Below, in pieces: positions 33,143 to 46,259 of a DNA stretch of 64,000 nucleotides; positions within the stretch are counted from its first letter, which is position 1, and every line of letters starts with the position of its first letter. The notes under the pieces are model-generated. The model was not told where the DNA came from, did no database searches, and saw only the letters and a program-made list of their open reading frames with translations. The position numbers and the translations under genes were made by a program. The DNA lies in assembly GCA_010093705.1 (NCBI GenBank), contig MU006091.1, positions 310,001-374,000 of the forward strand, written 5' to 3'. Source of the stretch: Patellaria atrata CBS 101060. Taxonomy: Eukaryota.

Positions 33143-35092
33143 ATGACCCCCCAACAAACTCTTCCTCTACCGCGGGAATTTGACGATGTTGATACATACG
33201 TCGAATCACTTCTGGCATTTGGGACTTCCTCTGAGCTGCTGCAGAGATTGTGTGGTGGTGTCCATATTCTGGACTTTCTGACGAGATCACCAGATTTGTA
33301 TTCTCAAGTCCTGCCGCAGGAATGGCGCGAATGGTTTCAATCACAGGACATAATGGAGCTATTAGATTTGATGATGAGAGATGACCTATCAAAGTATGGA
33401 CACAAATCCCCCGGAAATGGCCATACAAACAACCCTGGTCCTCCAACGGACAGCAGATTTGAGCCACCTCCTAAGAGTCTAATTGAGTATATCAAACAGA
33501 TCAGGGAGCACTCATTAGATCGCACATTCCCCCCTAAGCGGGGTAATGTCTCATCAAATGAGAATATACCTCTACCAACTATGTCACGCAATATCTCACT
33601 TGGGATGAAAGTGAAGAAGGTGCATGAAGTAGACAACTTCGCAAGATATGTTTCGACCTTGGCCGCCGACTTGGAGAAAACCAAGGGGCGAAGAATCACA
33701 CATCTCGTAGATTTTGGCTCTGGGCAGAATTACTTGGGCAGGGCTTTAGCTAACAAACCGTATGATAAGCATATCATTGCTGTTGAAAGCAAACAGCAGA
33801 ACATTGCAGGGGCAATGTACATTGATGTTTTGGCCAGACTAGCTCCAAAACCAGTAATCATGAGGAATAAGAAAGCATTTCGTGCAGAAGCCGGAGATAA
33901 GGCGAAGAAATGGAAGAGATCAGATGATTGTTGTACCCCTGAAGTAAAGGAGGCAGCCTCGAATGGCGTAGAGCGTAGTGTGGAACCATGGCGGTCGAAA
34001 ATCGAACACGCTTCCAAAAAAATGGATAGAGCGGGAGAGAGACATGATAACAGAGCAAGTCTTAAGGTCTCATCTGATAGTCGTGGGAGCATACAATACG
34101 TCATCCACAAATTACAGGACGGTAACTTAGCACCAGTGGTTGAACAGATCATCGACGACACCGCTATTGAAAGTGAAGTATCAAAACGCCAACTTTCCAA
34201 CAATTCAACACTCGAGAACGAGACGCTTACATTCTTAACCCCTCCGAAAGCGATGAAACCTTCCTTGATGGTCATATCTCTCCATTCTTGCGGGAACCTC
34301 CTTCACCACGGGCTCCGGTCTCTTGTACTTAACCCAGCAGTCTCTGCTGTTGCAATGGTTGGATGCTGCTATAATCTCGTAACTGAGCGGCTCGGCCCAC
34401 CGACATATAAGCTACCATCGTTACGGCCAGCTCACCCACGCTTAGAGGAAACCGCCAACGCGTTCGATCCTCACGGTTTCCCTATGTCTGAGCATTTAGT
34501 CAATTATCAGCATTCCCACGGCAAGGGCGTCCGCCTGAATATCACAGCTCGCATGATGGCCGTACAAGCGCCGCAGAACTGGGGTCGAGATGATAGCGAA
34601 AAGTTCTTCACACGTCACTTCTTCCGCGCACTTCTCCAGAGAATTTTCCTGGACCGTGGTGTTGTATCCATCCCCAACGAATTGGACATCGCGAAAGGAG
34701 CCTCACCTTCCGGCTTTAGCGGTGGTTCCGATCCCATCATCATCGGAACGATGAAGAAGTTCTGCTATAGTGATTTCGTATCGTACGTACGAGGTGCGCT
34801 GGAGAAGCTGTATAGCAATTCGGAGAAGAAGCCGTTCCTGAAATCGAAGATGGAAGGGCTTACTGATGATGAGATCCGGGGGTACGAACAGCGTTACGGG
34901 GCGAGAAAGAAAGAGCTGAGTATTGTCTGGAGCTTGATGGCATTTAGTGCTGGTGTGCTCGAGAGTATGATAGTCGTTGACCGGTGGCTTTGGTTGAAGG
35001 AGCAAAAAGAAGTCGAGACTGCTTGGGTAGAGCCTGTTTTCAAATATAGCCATAGTCCAAGAAATCTCGTGGTTGTAGGTGTTAAGAAATAA
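33143..35092 (+). CDS. SAM-dependent methyltransferase, METTL25/RRNAD1-like
   Basis: MKVKKVHEV, LVDFGSGQNYLGR, ISLHSCGNL, VGCCYNL, ESMIVVDR, SPRNLVVVG. Confidence 0.85.
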   Translation: MTPQQTLPLPREFDDVDTYVESLLAFGTSSELLQRLCGGVHILDFLTRSPDLYSQVLPQEWREWFQSQDIMELLDLMMRDDLSKYGHKSPGNGHTNNPGPPTDSRFEPPPKSLIEYIKQIREHSLDRTFPPKRGNVSSNENIPLPTMSRNISLGMKVKKVHEVDNFARYVSTLAADLEKTKGRRITHLVDFGSGQNYLGRALANKPYDKHIIAVESKQQNIAGAMYIDVLARLAPKPVIMRNKKAFRAEAGDKAKKWKRSDDCCTPEVKEAASNGVERSVEPWRSKIEHASKKMDRAGERHDNRASLKVSSDSRGSIQYVIHKLQDGNLAPVVEQIIDDTAIESEVSKRQLSNNSTLENETLTFLTPPKAMKPSLMVISLHSCGNLLHHGLRSLVLNPAVSAVAMVGCCYNLVTERLGPPTYKLPSLRPAHPRLEETANAFDPHGFPMSEHLVNYQHSHGKGVRLNITARMMAVQAPQNWGRDDSEKFFTRHFFRALLQRIFLDRGVVSIPNELDIAKGASPSGFSGGSDPIIIGTMKKFCYSDFVSYVRGALEKLYSNSEKKPFLKSKMEGLTDDEIRGYEQRYGARKKELSIVWSLMAFSAGVLESMIVVDRWLWLKEQKEVETAWVEPVFKYSHSPRNLVVVGVKK

Positions 35093-36480
35093 GGTTTGGT
35101 TTATAAGTCATTTGAACCCTCGGGTATCACCGGGTAGCCGTGAGACGGCCTTTCAGGAAGGTATTGTAGCATCATACCGTACCTATAGTATCGTGTGTTG
35201 TCACCTGGTAGTATTGCGCATGCTAAATCTAAGGGGCAATCCTCACTCTCATCTATTTACGCTGTTTGCGGTGAATTTATCGCACTATTCAAAATAGTGA
35301 AGTCCTAAGTCGATCACGGACTAATTACCCCTTAGTTTTAGCCTGCCCGATACCACCGGGTGACAACACTCGAGTGTGTACGGGTAGTTTTAAATCTTCG
35401 CCAGGGCGAGTTTAATTTACCATAGCTGCCACACAGGCATGTTTATCAGGGGCTGATTTCCCCTGTCTCCATAATCCAGAGTTGTTCGAGGTTAGGGTAT
35501 ATAAAGGAACAGAGAGGTTAGGAGGCCGATACATCTCTCTCATGTAGCTAACATTCTCCTCACCATGATCTCCAGGCTCTATCATTTTCGTTCCGATCAA
35601 TACCGCCTTCAGAGAACTGTAAGCTTCGAACGCTAGTCCCGCCAAAATATCTTCTGCAAAAGGCTTTTGTGCTTCTAGAATTGCATCAACTATGAGAACA
35701 TCCTGAGCGCATTCGACCTGAAAGATCTACTTACCTGCCAATTACTTGGGCCAACCGATCCCATTAACGAGTCACGAGAGGTCCAGCAACTGGAGCTCTT
35801 CTAGTAACGGGAAGCTGTTAGGGTATGCCAAAAACATCTACACCATCCATTTTAGCAATACAGGTGTTCATTGAGTGAAGATATTGCAAATTGACATGCC
35901 CTAATCTCGTGATTAAATCCCTTATTGAGCAGCCCCTCTTTAGTTCTAGTCAATATGTGTCGTACGTCAAAATATACTGTCACTGTTAGCTTTTCGGCAA
36001 ATTTCTATCGATGACTGGGTTAAAACACACGCCGGTTATTTTGAACGCCGATATCTATACGAAAGCGTGTGAGAGATCGTAAACCTGATACTATTGTCGA
36101 GTTGCTGTTGTTTGACCATTCGTCACTCGAATCCAAATGCCAAGGAGGCGTAGATTGAGTGAAGACGAGATAGATTACTCAGTGAACCGGAATTCTCGTT
36201 TCGGTCTTTATCATCGAGGGTATCGATAGTAATAGGAAGAATATCAGAGTGCAACATATCCATAACGCTTACAATGTAAATGTGGTAGTCTTGGGCCTAT
36301 GAGATGTTATTTGGTAACAGCTGTCAATATCTGAATTTCTATTAGTTTGGATAGTTAGTACAGTGCTAGATCAAACTATGGAGAATAGTAGTATATAAAT
36401 ACGTAGATTTGGTTTGAACGATTCTGAGAACCAAAATTATACTCCATACATAAAAGCTCAGCTCCTATCCTTTGATTGTC

Positions 36481-38085
36481 TCAGGAATCGATTTTGATAA
36501 CAACAGTCTTAGTCTCGGTGAAATTCTCCATAGAGTTGTGGATGCCTTCTCTTCCGAGTCCGCTAGACTTGATCCCTCCAAATGGCAAGTCATGGGTAGT
36601 GTTAGGACTCGTGCAATTTACACCAACAATACCAGATTCAAGATTCTTAGCCATTCTGAGTGCTCTATCAATATTCTTGGTGAACACAGCCGCAAAGAGA
36701 CCATATTCGGTATTGTTGGCCCTCGCAAGCACTTCTTCCTCTGTTTTGAAGGCGCTGATGTTGACGACTGGTCCGAATATCTCTTCGCGCATCATCTTTG
36801 CATCGTCGGGAGTCTCAAGGAAGACTGTTGGTTTGATGACATAGCCATTTCTTTGAGTGTCTGCCTCGGCACCACCCATTTGCAATTTACCGCCAGCTTC
36901 TTTGCCTGACTTAATGTATTCATTGATGATCTCATACTGTTTTTCATCAGCTACAGGACCCAAAGCGGTTTCTTTATCGAGCGGATCGCCCGCAACAACA
37001 GCTTTCATTTCCTCGTTGAAAGCAGTGACGAATTTCTCAGCAATGGTGTCTTGGACGTAGATTCGGGAGTTTGCAATGCAGACTTGTCCGCTGTTCCAGT
37101 ACACACTTTTGGCTGTCGCTTTCACAGCATCGTCAAAGTTCGCGTCGTCGAATACAACAGCCGGACTCTTTCCGCCTAGTTCGAGGATAACGTTCTTAAG
37201 ATTTGACTTTGCCGCTGCCGCTTGAATGATACGGCCCGTACGTCCACTTCCAGTAAAGCTGATGACTCGGACATCCATGTGGGTAGACAGTGCGGATCCA
37301 GAGACAGGCCCATGTCCGCTTATAACGTTAATCACGCCAGGTGGAAACCCGACCTTTTCGATCAACTGGGCTACTTTGATCGACTGAAGGCATGTTAGTT
37401 TCCAGTCTACAAGTAAAGAGGGCTCCTACCTACTGTTAGAGGAGCCTTTTCACTGCTCTTCAAAACTATACAATTACCTGCCGCAATGGCGGGAGCGACC
37501 TTATGACCGAAAAACAGAAGTGGTAAATTCCACGGAATGATCGCAGCCGCAACACCAAACGGCTGTTTCAATGTTATGTTGATGAATCCAGGCGTGTGCA
37601 AGCTAGTGCTTCCGTGAAAGGCCATCGCAGCCTCTGAATAATATTCGAACTTCCACGCCGCAGCATGGCTATCGATGTAGGCAGAGACGGGCTTGCCCAT
37701 TGATTTTGCTTCTAGTGCTGCCAATTCATCGTGGTTCTCTCGAATCAAAGCAGCTAGCTTCTTCATGTAGGCACCCCTTACAAAAGGTGATAGTGCTTCC
37801 CATGCTGGCTGTGCTTTCTTTGCAGCTGCAACCGCCGCGTCAACGTCTTCTACCGTTGCTTCGGCAACTTCAGCCACTTGTTCCCGAGTCCTTGGAGAAT
37901 AGAGTTTGAATGTGCCTTTGTCGGACGCATCTACGAACTATACGAAAGAGATATCAATAACCGGTATTGGACTCGACCTGATGGAGAATGCTTGCCTTGC
38001 CATCGATGAAAAGTCTCGTCTCAATTGGATTTGCTACTGTGCCATTTGTCCCATTGGTCGACGTTCCATTTGTTGTTGCGCCCAT
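36481..38085 (-). CDS. Aldehyde dehydrogenase, 2 introns
   Basis: ETRLFIDG, IIPWN, KSSEKAP, FTGSG, LELGGKSP, GQVC, EEIFGPV, PFGGIKSSG. Confidence 0.95.
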
Positions 38086-39323
38086 GACGACTTCTGTTGT
38101 ATAAGTGTCAAACTATATGCGACAACCTAAGTGGTCTTGAACAGTGGCTTCAATGAAAATGGACTGATGATAATACGGTGACAAAATGAGAAAAAGAAAT
38201 GTTAATCGTGGAAATTCCTAAAACTATCAGACTGAAAGAGAACTAAAAGACTTAATAAGTAAACTTCGGCCGAGGAAGTTGACCGATCATGGAGATTTAT
38301 ATTGCTTCAACATTTCTGTTAGAAATTATGCTCTAGCAAAGCGTCGTGGTCCAAGGTGGGGTAGAAGAGTCTGAAGATGTGTTATAATTGGGGGAGATGT
38401 TATTACCCTTGAAACGCCGGCAGTTGGGGACCTAGCTGCTGGTTTTGGTGCTTGGGAATGATATGATATTGCTCTTCTTGAGTTATCGCTCTACAGTAAC
38501 TCAATAATCGCCTCAGTTTAATATGGACGATCGGCTAGATCAATTCTACCAAGACGAGGCCATAGCCCGGTTGAATCTGACAGAGACAAACACCAAAACC
38601 TGAGTTAAACATTTCTAATGAAGGTTTGGTACGTTTCTTGTATAGACTGATGTGTTATCGAGTTCCAGTTGCGTATGAAGGTAGAGATTCTTATTGAACG
38701 CTGTGGGGATACAGTGGGGGACGAGTCCCTGGGACAGTGACATGGAAATCCATTTCATATCAATCATCAGAGTGTACTGTACTGTACGATTAAACCTCCA
38801 GCTCGACGGTCGATAGGTCCTATTCAGATACTTTGAATGGCGAGTTTACTAATGAACGCTTTTTACCCATAGCGTCAGCCTATACTAACACTTTACCACA
38901 TATGCCCCTAAAGCTATAGAGCTTCCGTATCTAGATGAGCATAAATCGGACTTTGTTCGTTGACATTCAGAACCGTAGGGTATAACAGCTAGCGGGGGAA
39001 AGATCCGGGTGTTGTACTGTAGAACAGAGAGCTGGGGGGTGACCGCATGCAGGGTGCATGTCAACCAGAAAACAACAATCGAAAACGGGTGAAAATACAT
39101 CTGCGGAGTGAGATGTTTCGTTGATAGTGGCATCTCCTTGAACTAAAAGAACCTTTGTGTACTGAATGGCAGGACTACAATAGAGATGGGAACCGCGGAA
39201 AGGCTCCGCGTGCACCGTTGCGTCAGTACCGCGACAACCGACCCTCGATACTCCATACTCATCTGATCGACCAGTTCGGCTTAAGAAACATAGAAGAATG
39301 TCATCTACTTTCCGTCGGCAATA

Positions 39324-40053
39324 ATGTTACGACAATCGATTCTTCGATCACAGCTTCGCATTCTTCAGAGAGCGCCGCGGTTCACTCGCCAGCGATATGT
39401 CTCGACAAAGGTTGGAGGTGAAAACCATGTTCCCAAATCACAATCGCGAATTGAACGTTTGAATGCTCGACGTATGTTTTTTCAATTCTTTAACTTTTTC
39501 GATCGTCCTGTGGGACTTGATCCTTGCCTCCTCATGAATTGGCTAACGTCAACTCCCTAAGATAGTTCCTCGCTTCCTCCGTCATTTGATCACTCCCCTT
39601 CTGACTGCTCCTGTCTCCCATATCACCGCCTTCCTAATCCTTCATGAAATAACAGCCATTGTTCCACTCTTTGGATTTGCAGCTGCTTTCCATTACTTTG
39701 ACTGGCTGCCGCCATATTTGAGCGAAGGAGCTTGGGCCACGAAGGGAGTCACGATGTTTGGAAACTATCTCAGACGGAAAGGATGGATTGATCAGGAGGA
39801 AGGGCGTAAGAGTTGGAAAGAGAGAGGTTGGAATATAGGAGAAGGTGGGACGAGGGTGGTTGTTGAACTAGCTACCGCTTACGCAGTCACAAAGGCCCTG
39901 TTACCATTGAGGTTGATGGTCAGCGTATGGGGAACACCATGGTTTGCGAGAATATCCGTTATTCCACTTAGCCAAAAGGTCAAAAAAATATTCAGCAAGA
40001 AGAAGGTACAGCCATCTGATATCGTAAATGAGCATGGAAAGAATGTTCACTGA
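39324..40053 (+). CDS. FLILHELTA-family mitochondrial membrane protein, 1 intron
   Basis: Arg-rich presequence MLRQSILRSQLR; AFLILHEITAIVPL; ELATAYAVTKALLPLR. Confidence 0.85.
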
Positions 40054-40749
40054 GAGGAAACTGCACGGGTGCTTATCTCGGTTTTGGTCCTTGATGCTGT
40101 CATACCCGTACCTTCCTATGATAGAGGATGTAAAGTCGGCCGGGTGTCTCGTAAGGTATGCTTCTCACGATTCCTATACGGTAGTGCACCTACTCTCTGA
40201 AGTATTTCGAAAGGCATGAGGTGCTCTTACAGTATGGTCGATTTCCCCCCGGCCTACAGTAATCATCCCGTCGAATTATGGACAGACTGGAAGACTGGTA
40301 CGCCCCTTATAGGAGAAAGAGCTTTGTGCGAATCCGTCCGAGACCCTCTAAGATATTCTTTCCGAATACGGATTGCAGCACTTTCCATTCTATGCTTGCC
40401 CTTCTCAGGAAGAGATGGAAGGCACGCAGCAGCGTCTACAATAAAAGACCTTTCGTCTTCCCAAATCTTCCATTCTTCTTCTTCTCCAACAATCATCACA
40501 ACATTTCTATTGACCCAACATTTCATCCCAACATCGACTAAAGGACTGAACTGTTCATGTGAGTTGGCTTGCTCTTCTCGTCTAGACCTATGCTCATCGT
40601 CATCTCCAGCATGCTCTTCCCTCAATTCAGCACAGGTGCTGGCGTTTTGTGCCTCTTCGCAATCTTCGCAACCCAATGCTCTTCGTCTGTTCTGGGAAGA
40701 CAGTACTATGAAAACAGACAAGCAGACGTGAAGACACTTGCTCATGTCC

Positions 40750-41565
40750 AAGGTTTGTCCAACTTGTCTTCTTTCCTCTTAGCCGTTCGTCGCTAACTTA
40801 ACAATAGACAAACGTGCTAATCAGGCGACAACAACGATTCAAACCGCTCATACAACCTTGACGACTGCTCATCGTTCTACAACTGTCCAGACAACAGTCA
40901 GTCGAGCCACAACAACATCAGTCACTGGCAACTTCAACTTCATTTTTCCCACAGAGACGACAACTGTCCATGACCTCGTGCAGAAACCCGTGATTACCGT
41001 TTCCCCGAGCGTGATGACGATTGAAACCACAGCCTTCGTGCGCGTGTCTCCAACTGATGCAGTTTTACCTAGACGTGTTGCATCTGCTCAGGAAGATTTG
41101 TCTACTGTCACTTCTCATCACACTGTGGTGAAGACAACAACCGCAACTGATATCTCAGTCACTTCTACTAAGACGGAGATCCATTCCACATCGACAGCTA
41201 TCGTTCAACCCACGAAAATCCTAGAATTCCTCTCTCCTAGCACTATAACCAAAACCACAACCACCTCAATTACTGTCGATCCGAATTTCACCACGGTTTT
41301 TGTCCCACCACCTACGCTGAGCACGACGACCACCATGGTTAATCTTGTTCAAATCACCCGAAAGGAAAATCTGCCTAGGCAAACTCCTCCTCAGTGCTGC
41401 AGCCCTACAAGCAGTCCATCAACTTCCAGCACAACGATGGTTGAACTCCTGTTACCAACTTCAACTACGACTGTATTTGTTGATACGATTCGCACTACCG
41501 TCACCGATCCTACTCCTATCTCCACCATCACGAGGTTTGAGACAGTGTCAGCTCTGTGGCGCTAA
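40750..41565 (+). CDS. Thr/Ser-rich (mucin-like) hypothetical protein, last exon; 5' structure uncertain
   Basis: Long Thr-rich open frame after an apparent intron (ctaac..ag near 40795-40807). Confidence 0.4.
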
Positions 41566-42218
41566 ATTTTGCTTGTTGAAGTTTTTCAACTATGGAGTTC
41601 ACTCTTGTTCTTTGTGAGTTTCCAAGACAGGTTCTGATGTTGATTGTTTTCAAAAAAGGGTGTGGGATTGGTTCATTTTGAGGGTTATTCAAGCTGTAGG
41701 AAATGCGTTTGAGTTGCTCTTTTATCGTCTGTTCAAGGTGATGAATAGCTGTTCCTTTAGTCTTTAGTCAATAGAATTCTCAGTAGATTGTCTGACCAAG
41801 ATTCTTTACGGTAGCACACTTTTGACACTATCATCGCGTATGCTGTAGAATTATTATGGATGGAGCACATTCAAAAGCTTCAGAGCATTCATAATCAGAT
41901 AATCCTTTATTATTCTCGCCCAATCAAGGTCAGTATTTCATATATCTAAGCAAATAAGTCCAGCCTAATTATTTAATACCTCATAACCGTATGTTCAGTA
42001 GATTTTATTCAAGACCTCGGCAACTGAGTATCGTCTTCTTCGCGTCCCCGCGGCTTTGCTTTCCCGGCAACCACACGCGCACACCACTTCATAGCATGGA
42101 GCCTCTTTAATACCTCCATAATGTGAATACCATTGTAAATTCAGATATCATGCTTCAGCATGCCATTTGGCATCTTTCCATTTCCTAGACGTCAATTTTC
42201 TCAAGCCCTACCCACATC

Positions 42219-43587
42219 ATGAGCTCCCCTCCACCCCTCACTGGCATCAGAGTGCTCGAGTTTGCCGGCCTAGCACCAGGTAAAACTCTCCCCGTACCAA
42301 TTGCCCCAATACCAGGAACTAATACCACACCAAGGTCCCTTCGCCGGCATGCTCCTCGCAGACTTCGGCGCCACCGTCCTCCGCATCGACCGCGCCAGTC
42401 CCGGCGCCCACACCTCGTTCCCCCCACCGGCGACTGAAGACCAACTCGTGCGCCGCAAGTCCTCCATCGCAGTCAACATCAAGCGGGCCGCCGGCGTCGC
42501 GCTCATCAAAGCGCTGATCCCGCACGTAGACGTCGTCATCGACCCCTTCCGGCCCGGCGTGCTCGAGAAAGCCGGCCTGGGCCCGGAGAATGTGCTGATG
42601 AAGCTGAACCCGCGACTGGTCGTCGGGCGCATGACGGGGTTTAGGCGCGATGGGAAGTATAGCGCCATGGCGGGCCATGATATCAACTATATCGCCGTGA
42701 GCGGGGTATTGTCGATGCTGGGGCGGAAGGGGGAGAAGCCGTATCCGCCTGGCAACATCTTGGGCGATTTTGCAGGCGGAGGCGCCATGTGCTTCTTGGG
42801 GATCGTTTTGGCGCTGCTGGGACGGGAGATGACGGGTCAGGGACAGGTGGTCGAGGCGAATATGGTGGATGGGAGTGCGTATCTGGCGACCATGCCACGG
42901 TTCGGCACCAAGGGGGAGATTTGGCGCAGGCCGAGGGGCGAAAATATGTTGGATGGTGGGGCGCCGTGGTATGGTACGTACAAGACGAAGGATGGGAAGT
43001 ATTTCGCCATGTAAGTTGTCCTCGGCCCCCACCCTCCCCCCAGGCTTTATGAAGAAACCGCAAGATTACACCTCCTGAATCCACGAATGTAGATTCTCAT
43101 ATTAACACTCCCCAGCGGCGCAATCGAACCCCAGTTCTTCGCCGCCCTCATGAAAGGCCTCAACCTCCCTACTCCCTCGGAATCAGACCGCTGGAACCGT
43201 GCCAACTGGCCCGCTCTCACCCGCCAAATCGAACAAGCTTTCAAGTCCAAATCCCGCACCGAGTGGGAAGCCGTCTTTGACGGCACAGATGCGTGCGCCA
43301 CGCCTGTCCTTACCCAGTCGGAACTCGAAGAGCAAGGGTTTGACCAGCGGCCTGTGGTTACGCTGAAGAGCACGCCGAGCCTGGCAATCAGCAAGGGTGA
43401 TCCGGATAGTAGAGAGCCGAGTACGGGGCAGGGAGAGGGGGTGGAGGGAGATGGATGGGATGCTGAGGGGTTGCGTCCCGGGTCGGGCGGGGAGGAGGTT
43501 GTGGAGAGGTGGGTGGGGTGGAGGAGAGGGAGGAATTATGTGATTAATGATGGAGGGCTAGAGAGGACGGAGGGGAGTAAGTTATGA
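42219..43587 (+). CDS. CoA-transferase family III / alpha-methylacyl-CoA racemase-like, 2 introns
   Basis: [65 protein letters not shown]; ends in the PTS1 signal SKL. Confidence 0.92.
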
Positions 43588-44177
43588 GGAACTCGTATCC
43601 TTCCGTGCATATATACACGACTTAAGGCCGCAGTATTTCTCTCTCTGGTTATTTTGAGCTGAAACGGATCATCCTAGAGGAGAACAGCAGTGTATAGTAT
43701 CATTCGACTGTTGTTGCTTGGTTGACCAACTATCTAGTCAATGGTCATAGTCCGACCCCTCTTATTCTGGTGCGTTACTGCCTCAGATAATCTCTCTTGC
43801 TTAGAGGCCCATCCCAGGCCTTTCCACCAGTCTAAGACTTTGCGTTATTCATAACCTTCCTCCTGCGCGAAGTCTACTCCAACCTCGGCCTCGCACACAT
43901 TCCCGTTACTCATATAGTCGCGGCTCATACGGACTACTCCAGTCGGATGGTATCTGCGGAGGATCGTGAATGTAAGTCCGGTAGTTAGCTTTGGTGTTCA
44001 ACTGGCTCGATACATTAGGTACGGCTCTATATCCGAGCTCTTTTTCTTGTCCTCGCCGCTTTTGCATGAGGACTATTGCCGCCTGCGAAGGTTTGCCATC
44101 TCTAACAGGAAGTACAGTCGGATCTAGACAAATCGTCGTCGAATCTATGGTATCAAGAGCTCCTTGATCTAATTACC

Positions 44178-45335
44178 TTACTCTAACTTATTCCCTCTTC
44201 TTTCATCTCCATCTTTCCCCAATAGCCCCTTTCGCCGCACGATAACCGGGACAGACGTAAAGAGCGAGGGCCAAATCAATTTCACCTCGTCCTGCATACC
44301 GCTCATGCAATACTGTAACCAGATAGTAGATGTCAAGTGATAGTAAGCGGAAAGTCCGGTCATGATGTGCCTGGAAACCGCATCAGTAACCCCTTGAGGA
44401 ACATACGCAATAAAATACGAGGTGCTCACCACCAACCATGGCCCTCTAGAAGGATTCCCCAAGGTAGGCCAATATCGTGGCGCCAGCGTCTCAGGGTCGA
44501 ACAAAATATGTTGTCTAGATTCCAGATGAAGAATCCGAATGCGATGAACCCCAAGCCGCATTTTTTTAGCTGCCATATTTCATTATAGATTTGAGTGTCA
44601 CGTCTTTCGAGACGTGCTCTCTCGACTATATCCCTCTGGACGTCGTTACCACTCTTTCGACCTACGTCATCAAATCCTTGATTAATAGTCATTGTGCGCC
44701 TTGACGGTTTGAGATATCGTTCAATCCTGTACAAACTGGTCAAGACAACAGAGACGGTGATCAACGCGAACGCGATCTGATGAAACACCGGATCCTTAAG
44801 ATAGTGATAGTACGCTGTAATGAAAGCAGCCAGTGAAACGACGAAAATGAGTACTACTGAAGCAGCGAATCTCGAACGCTGGAAAGAGAAGACAGCGTAG
44901 AACATGGTGCACATGTTGTAAATCATTGACAATTCGTCGAGCAACTGCATTTCATCTAAAGCTTAATCAGTATATAATCTCGGCAATAATTATCTATATC
45001 TGACATTTGAGGCTCATGTGGAAAAGAAAGCTTCCTAACCCAATGAATAGGTAGGATAGAAAACCGACGAGGAAGACCGTAGCGTGTCCATTTCGAATGC
45101 AATTTCGGATTCCCTTGTATGCTAGGAGTATGAAAACTGCGTTGGTAAAAGTGTTCACGATTTCTGCAACGTATATGGTCGCATAGTAGTCCTTGATTAT
45201 ATGAGCTTTTAGGCTTTTATAAGTGATTTATTAGAACTCTCCTACCTCCTCACACCAGTTCAGAGTCGAGGTCACCGGATCCCAGTAGCCACTACGTGCT
45301 AGAGGATATGATATAGATGGTAGTGATATTGTCAT
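44178..45335 (-). CDS. Alkaline ceramidase (Ypc1/Ydc1-like), about 3 introns
   Basis: GYWDPVTSTLNWCEE, AEIVNTFTN, GSFLFHMSL, MQLLDELSMIY, LEGHGWW / HIMTG. Confidence 0.9.
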
Positions 45336-46259
45336 CTTGGCGATAGAAGATGATGTTGTGAAATAAATAAAAGTAGAGGTGTAGAATACTAGAATTAAGG
45401 TAGGACGCACTTGGCGAACCCTGCAACCAATCCTGCGGTCAGCTGAAAAACCTCAGTGTCCATAATCCAAATCCGGTGAAAGTTTTCTCACTTGAGCTTC
45501 AAATCACAGAAAATTAAACATGATATCATGCCGTTGTATCCTGAGTATTGTTGCGTGCTCTCCATTTGATAGTATTATTGGTCTGATTGAACAACTTCAT
45601 TTATGTGTTGACCCCTCAAGAATGCCCAAGCCCTTTGGCAATTTCAGATTGTTCTTGCTGGAGCATACTCCGTAGTAAGATCTTTGAATTTTTATCAGAG
45701 TATTTTGCTTTTGTGATGCTAGGACTGGGTAACTATAATCATCAGCTGAAAAGGTGCAGGTGGTGTGTGCAGCATCCTACTGCATACCGTGGATAGCGCT
45801 ACTTCGCGTTGTTTATTATCCAATCCTCTTTATGTAATTAAATTTCCTTCGTCGTATCGAAGAATACCTGATGAAGTAAGATGTGTGTCTACGGGAGGGA
45901 TCACGCTATCCACCGTATGCAATAGGATGCTGTATGTTGAAGTTTCTCACTCTCCTGCAAGATACTTCTTCCATATTGGAATAGACACGCTTATCCGAAC
46001 AGCGAGCCCATGTTACACCAGCGCAGGGGGGATGGTGGAAAAGTGAGGCTGTTATTTCATGGAGATCATGTTTGTATCTTCGGCTGCAGCACCCTTCATA
46101 TCCTCATATATGCTTCCGAGGACAGTCAAAGTGAGAAGCTTTCATTTACTCCTGATGTCATCTTTGTTATTTGGGATCTATCCGCATCTTTGATACAAGG
46201 AGAGCTTACCTTAACACTTGCAGTACAATCATCAGTCATTAAATCACCTTCGGCAAAGT

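Noticed and set aside
35400..35860. Possible degraded minus-strand gene fragment
   Set aside because: Short, with stops and no family motif I can recognise.
42270..43394. Long antisense ORFs (also 33730-34275, 49210-49899, 32243-32704)
   Set aside because: They are shadows of real genes on the opposite strand and carry no independent motifs.
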